Shown here one piece after another: positions 63,176 through 64,000 of a stretch of 64,000 nt of DNA. Origin of the DNA: Selaginella moellendorffii (Eukaryota > Plantae > Lycopodiophyta); the NCBI RefSeq assembly GCF_000143415.4, contig NW_003314277.1, positions 1,202,652 to 1,266,651 of the forward strand, written 5' to 3'. Made by a program: the position numbers and the translations under genes. The notes beneath the pieces were generated by a model that saw only the letters and a program-made list of their open reading frames with translations, did no database searches and had not been told where the DNA came from. The first letter of the stretch is position 1, and each line of letters opens with the position of its first letter.

Positions 63176-63972
63176 GACGCATAAACCACAGCTCACAACG
63201 CCGCTTACACAAGCAGCGTTGACTGCGCTCAGCGGAACCAAGAACACGGCGCACAAAAATGATAGACCTAGGAATGAGTTCGAGAATTCAAAAATAACAC
63301 ACGCTTGAACGTCACATCAAATCCTCTGACAAACCAAATCTTATGATTCCTCTGACAAATTTCAAACTGAGTAGCTTCTAGACTTTGGTGTCGGAGGTTG
63401 AACTTTGTCACATCATGTCCTTGCCTTGATCCAGCTGTGCCATGTCAGTGATTCGAACTTTGCCATGCCATGTCAGCGATCCGCGCCAAGATTATTCGCC
63501 GTGTAAAGGAATAATTATGCTGTGTGTGTACGTCCATTTATAGCAATATAAGGCCACATGCCATTCAAAGAATAATGCTAGTCGAGCATTTTTTGGTGCA
63601 TTTTTGGGTTCAAAATTGCATGAGCCCACACACTATAAAGTTTACCTGTACCAAAAATAGAAACAGCTTTATTTACTTGGGAATTTAAGTGGTTGAGGCA
63701 TTTTTAAACTTACAAACACATGCCCTACTTACATTCCTTTGATTGCTTAAAATTCAAAAATATTATAAACCTTTCTTTTTGCATTTTCAATGTTTTCAAT
63801 TATGGTTTTTGATTTTTGCAGGACCAGCCTAGTAATCTATTTGCATCCCGTCATGTTTATAGCTAGCTTTCGTTTGTCCCCTTCGCTAGCCTGAGATACA
63901 TCTGCTCGGCATCTGCCTCTTACAGCATTTGCCCAGAAAGGGCATCTTTCTTCACGCAGCATTTGCCACATG

Positions 63973-63998
63973 TTTAAGGTTTAGGGTTTAGGGTTTAG
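63973..63998. repeat. Short TTTAGGG telomere-type array
   Basis: tttaagg tttaggg tttaggg tttag, then ca at the window edge. Confidence 0.6.
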
Positions 63999-64000
63999 CA

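Larger units (their letters stand above)
58780..63632. repeat. Dispersed 22-bp palindrome ATGGCATGWGGCCWCATGCCAT (~13 copies)
   Basis: Copies near 58780, 58867, 59281, 59467, 59627, 59773, 61115, 61172, 62761, 62830, 62928, 63541 and 63617. Confidence 0.85.

Overview
Eukaryotic plant genomic DNA. The ~50-60 nt introns, very short intergenic spacers and a GC-rich intronless PPR gene suggest a compact lycophyte genome such as Selaginella (inference). Bases 1-25.1 kb are gene-dense: NAA15, UCH3-like and UBP deubiquitinases, a DUF7796-like membrane protein, two nsLTP-like genes, a PLS-E PPR, SHOC1, NOT4, a C2HC zinc-finger gene and two tandem ML/NPC2 genes. Bases 25.4-35 kb hold a cluster of kinases with an MLKL/MCAfunc-like four-helix domain: an intact intronless C2-4HB-kinase, a decayed 4HB-tandem-kinase facing it head-to-head, and a pseudogene duplicate. 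Bases 35-64 kb are a transposon nest. Two head-to-head Ty3/gypsy copies are present, one with a clear -1 frameshift signal. The minus copy carries a solo LTR and a 7.7-kb non-autonomous LTR element whose ORF-less interior is densely packed with short stem-loops, two of them with tRNA-like T-loops. A large inverted duplication encloses captured gene fragments. A Sola1/DUF7869-like DNA transposase is surrounded by about 13 copies of a 22-bp palindrome. All calls come from reading the sequence; no searches were run.
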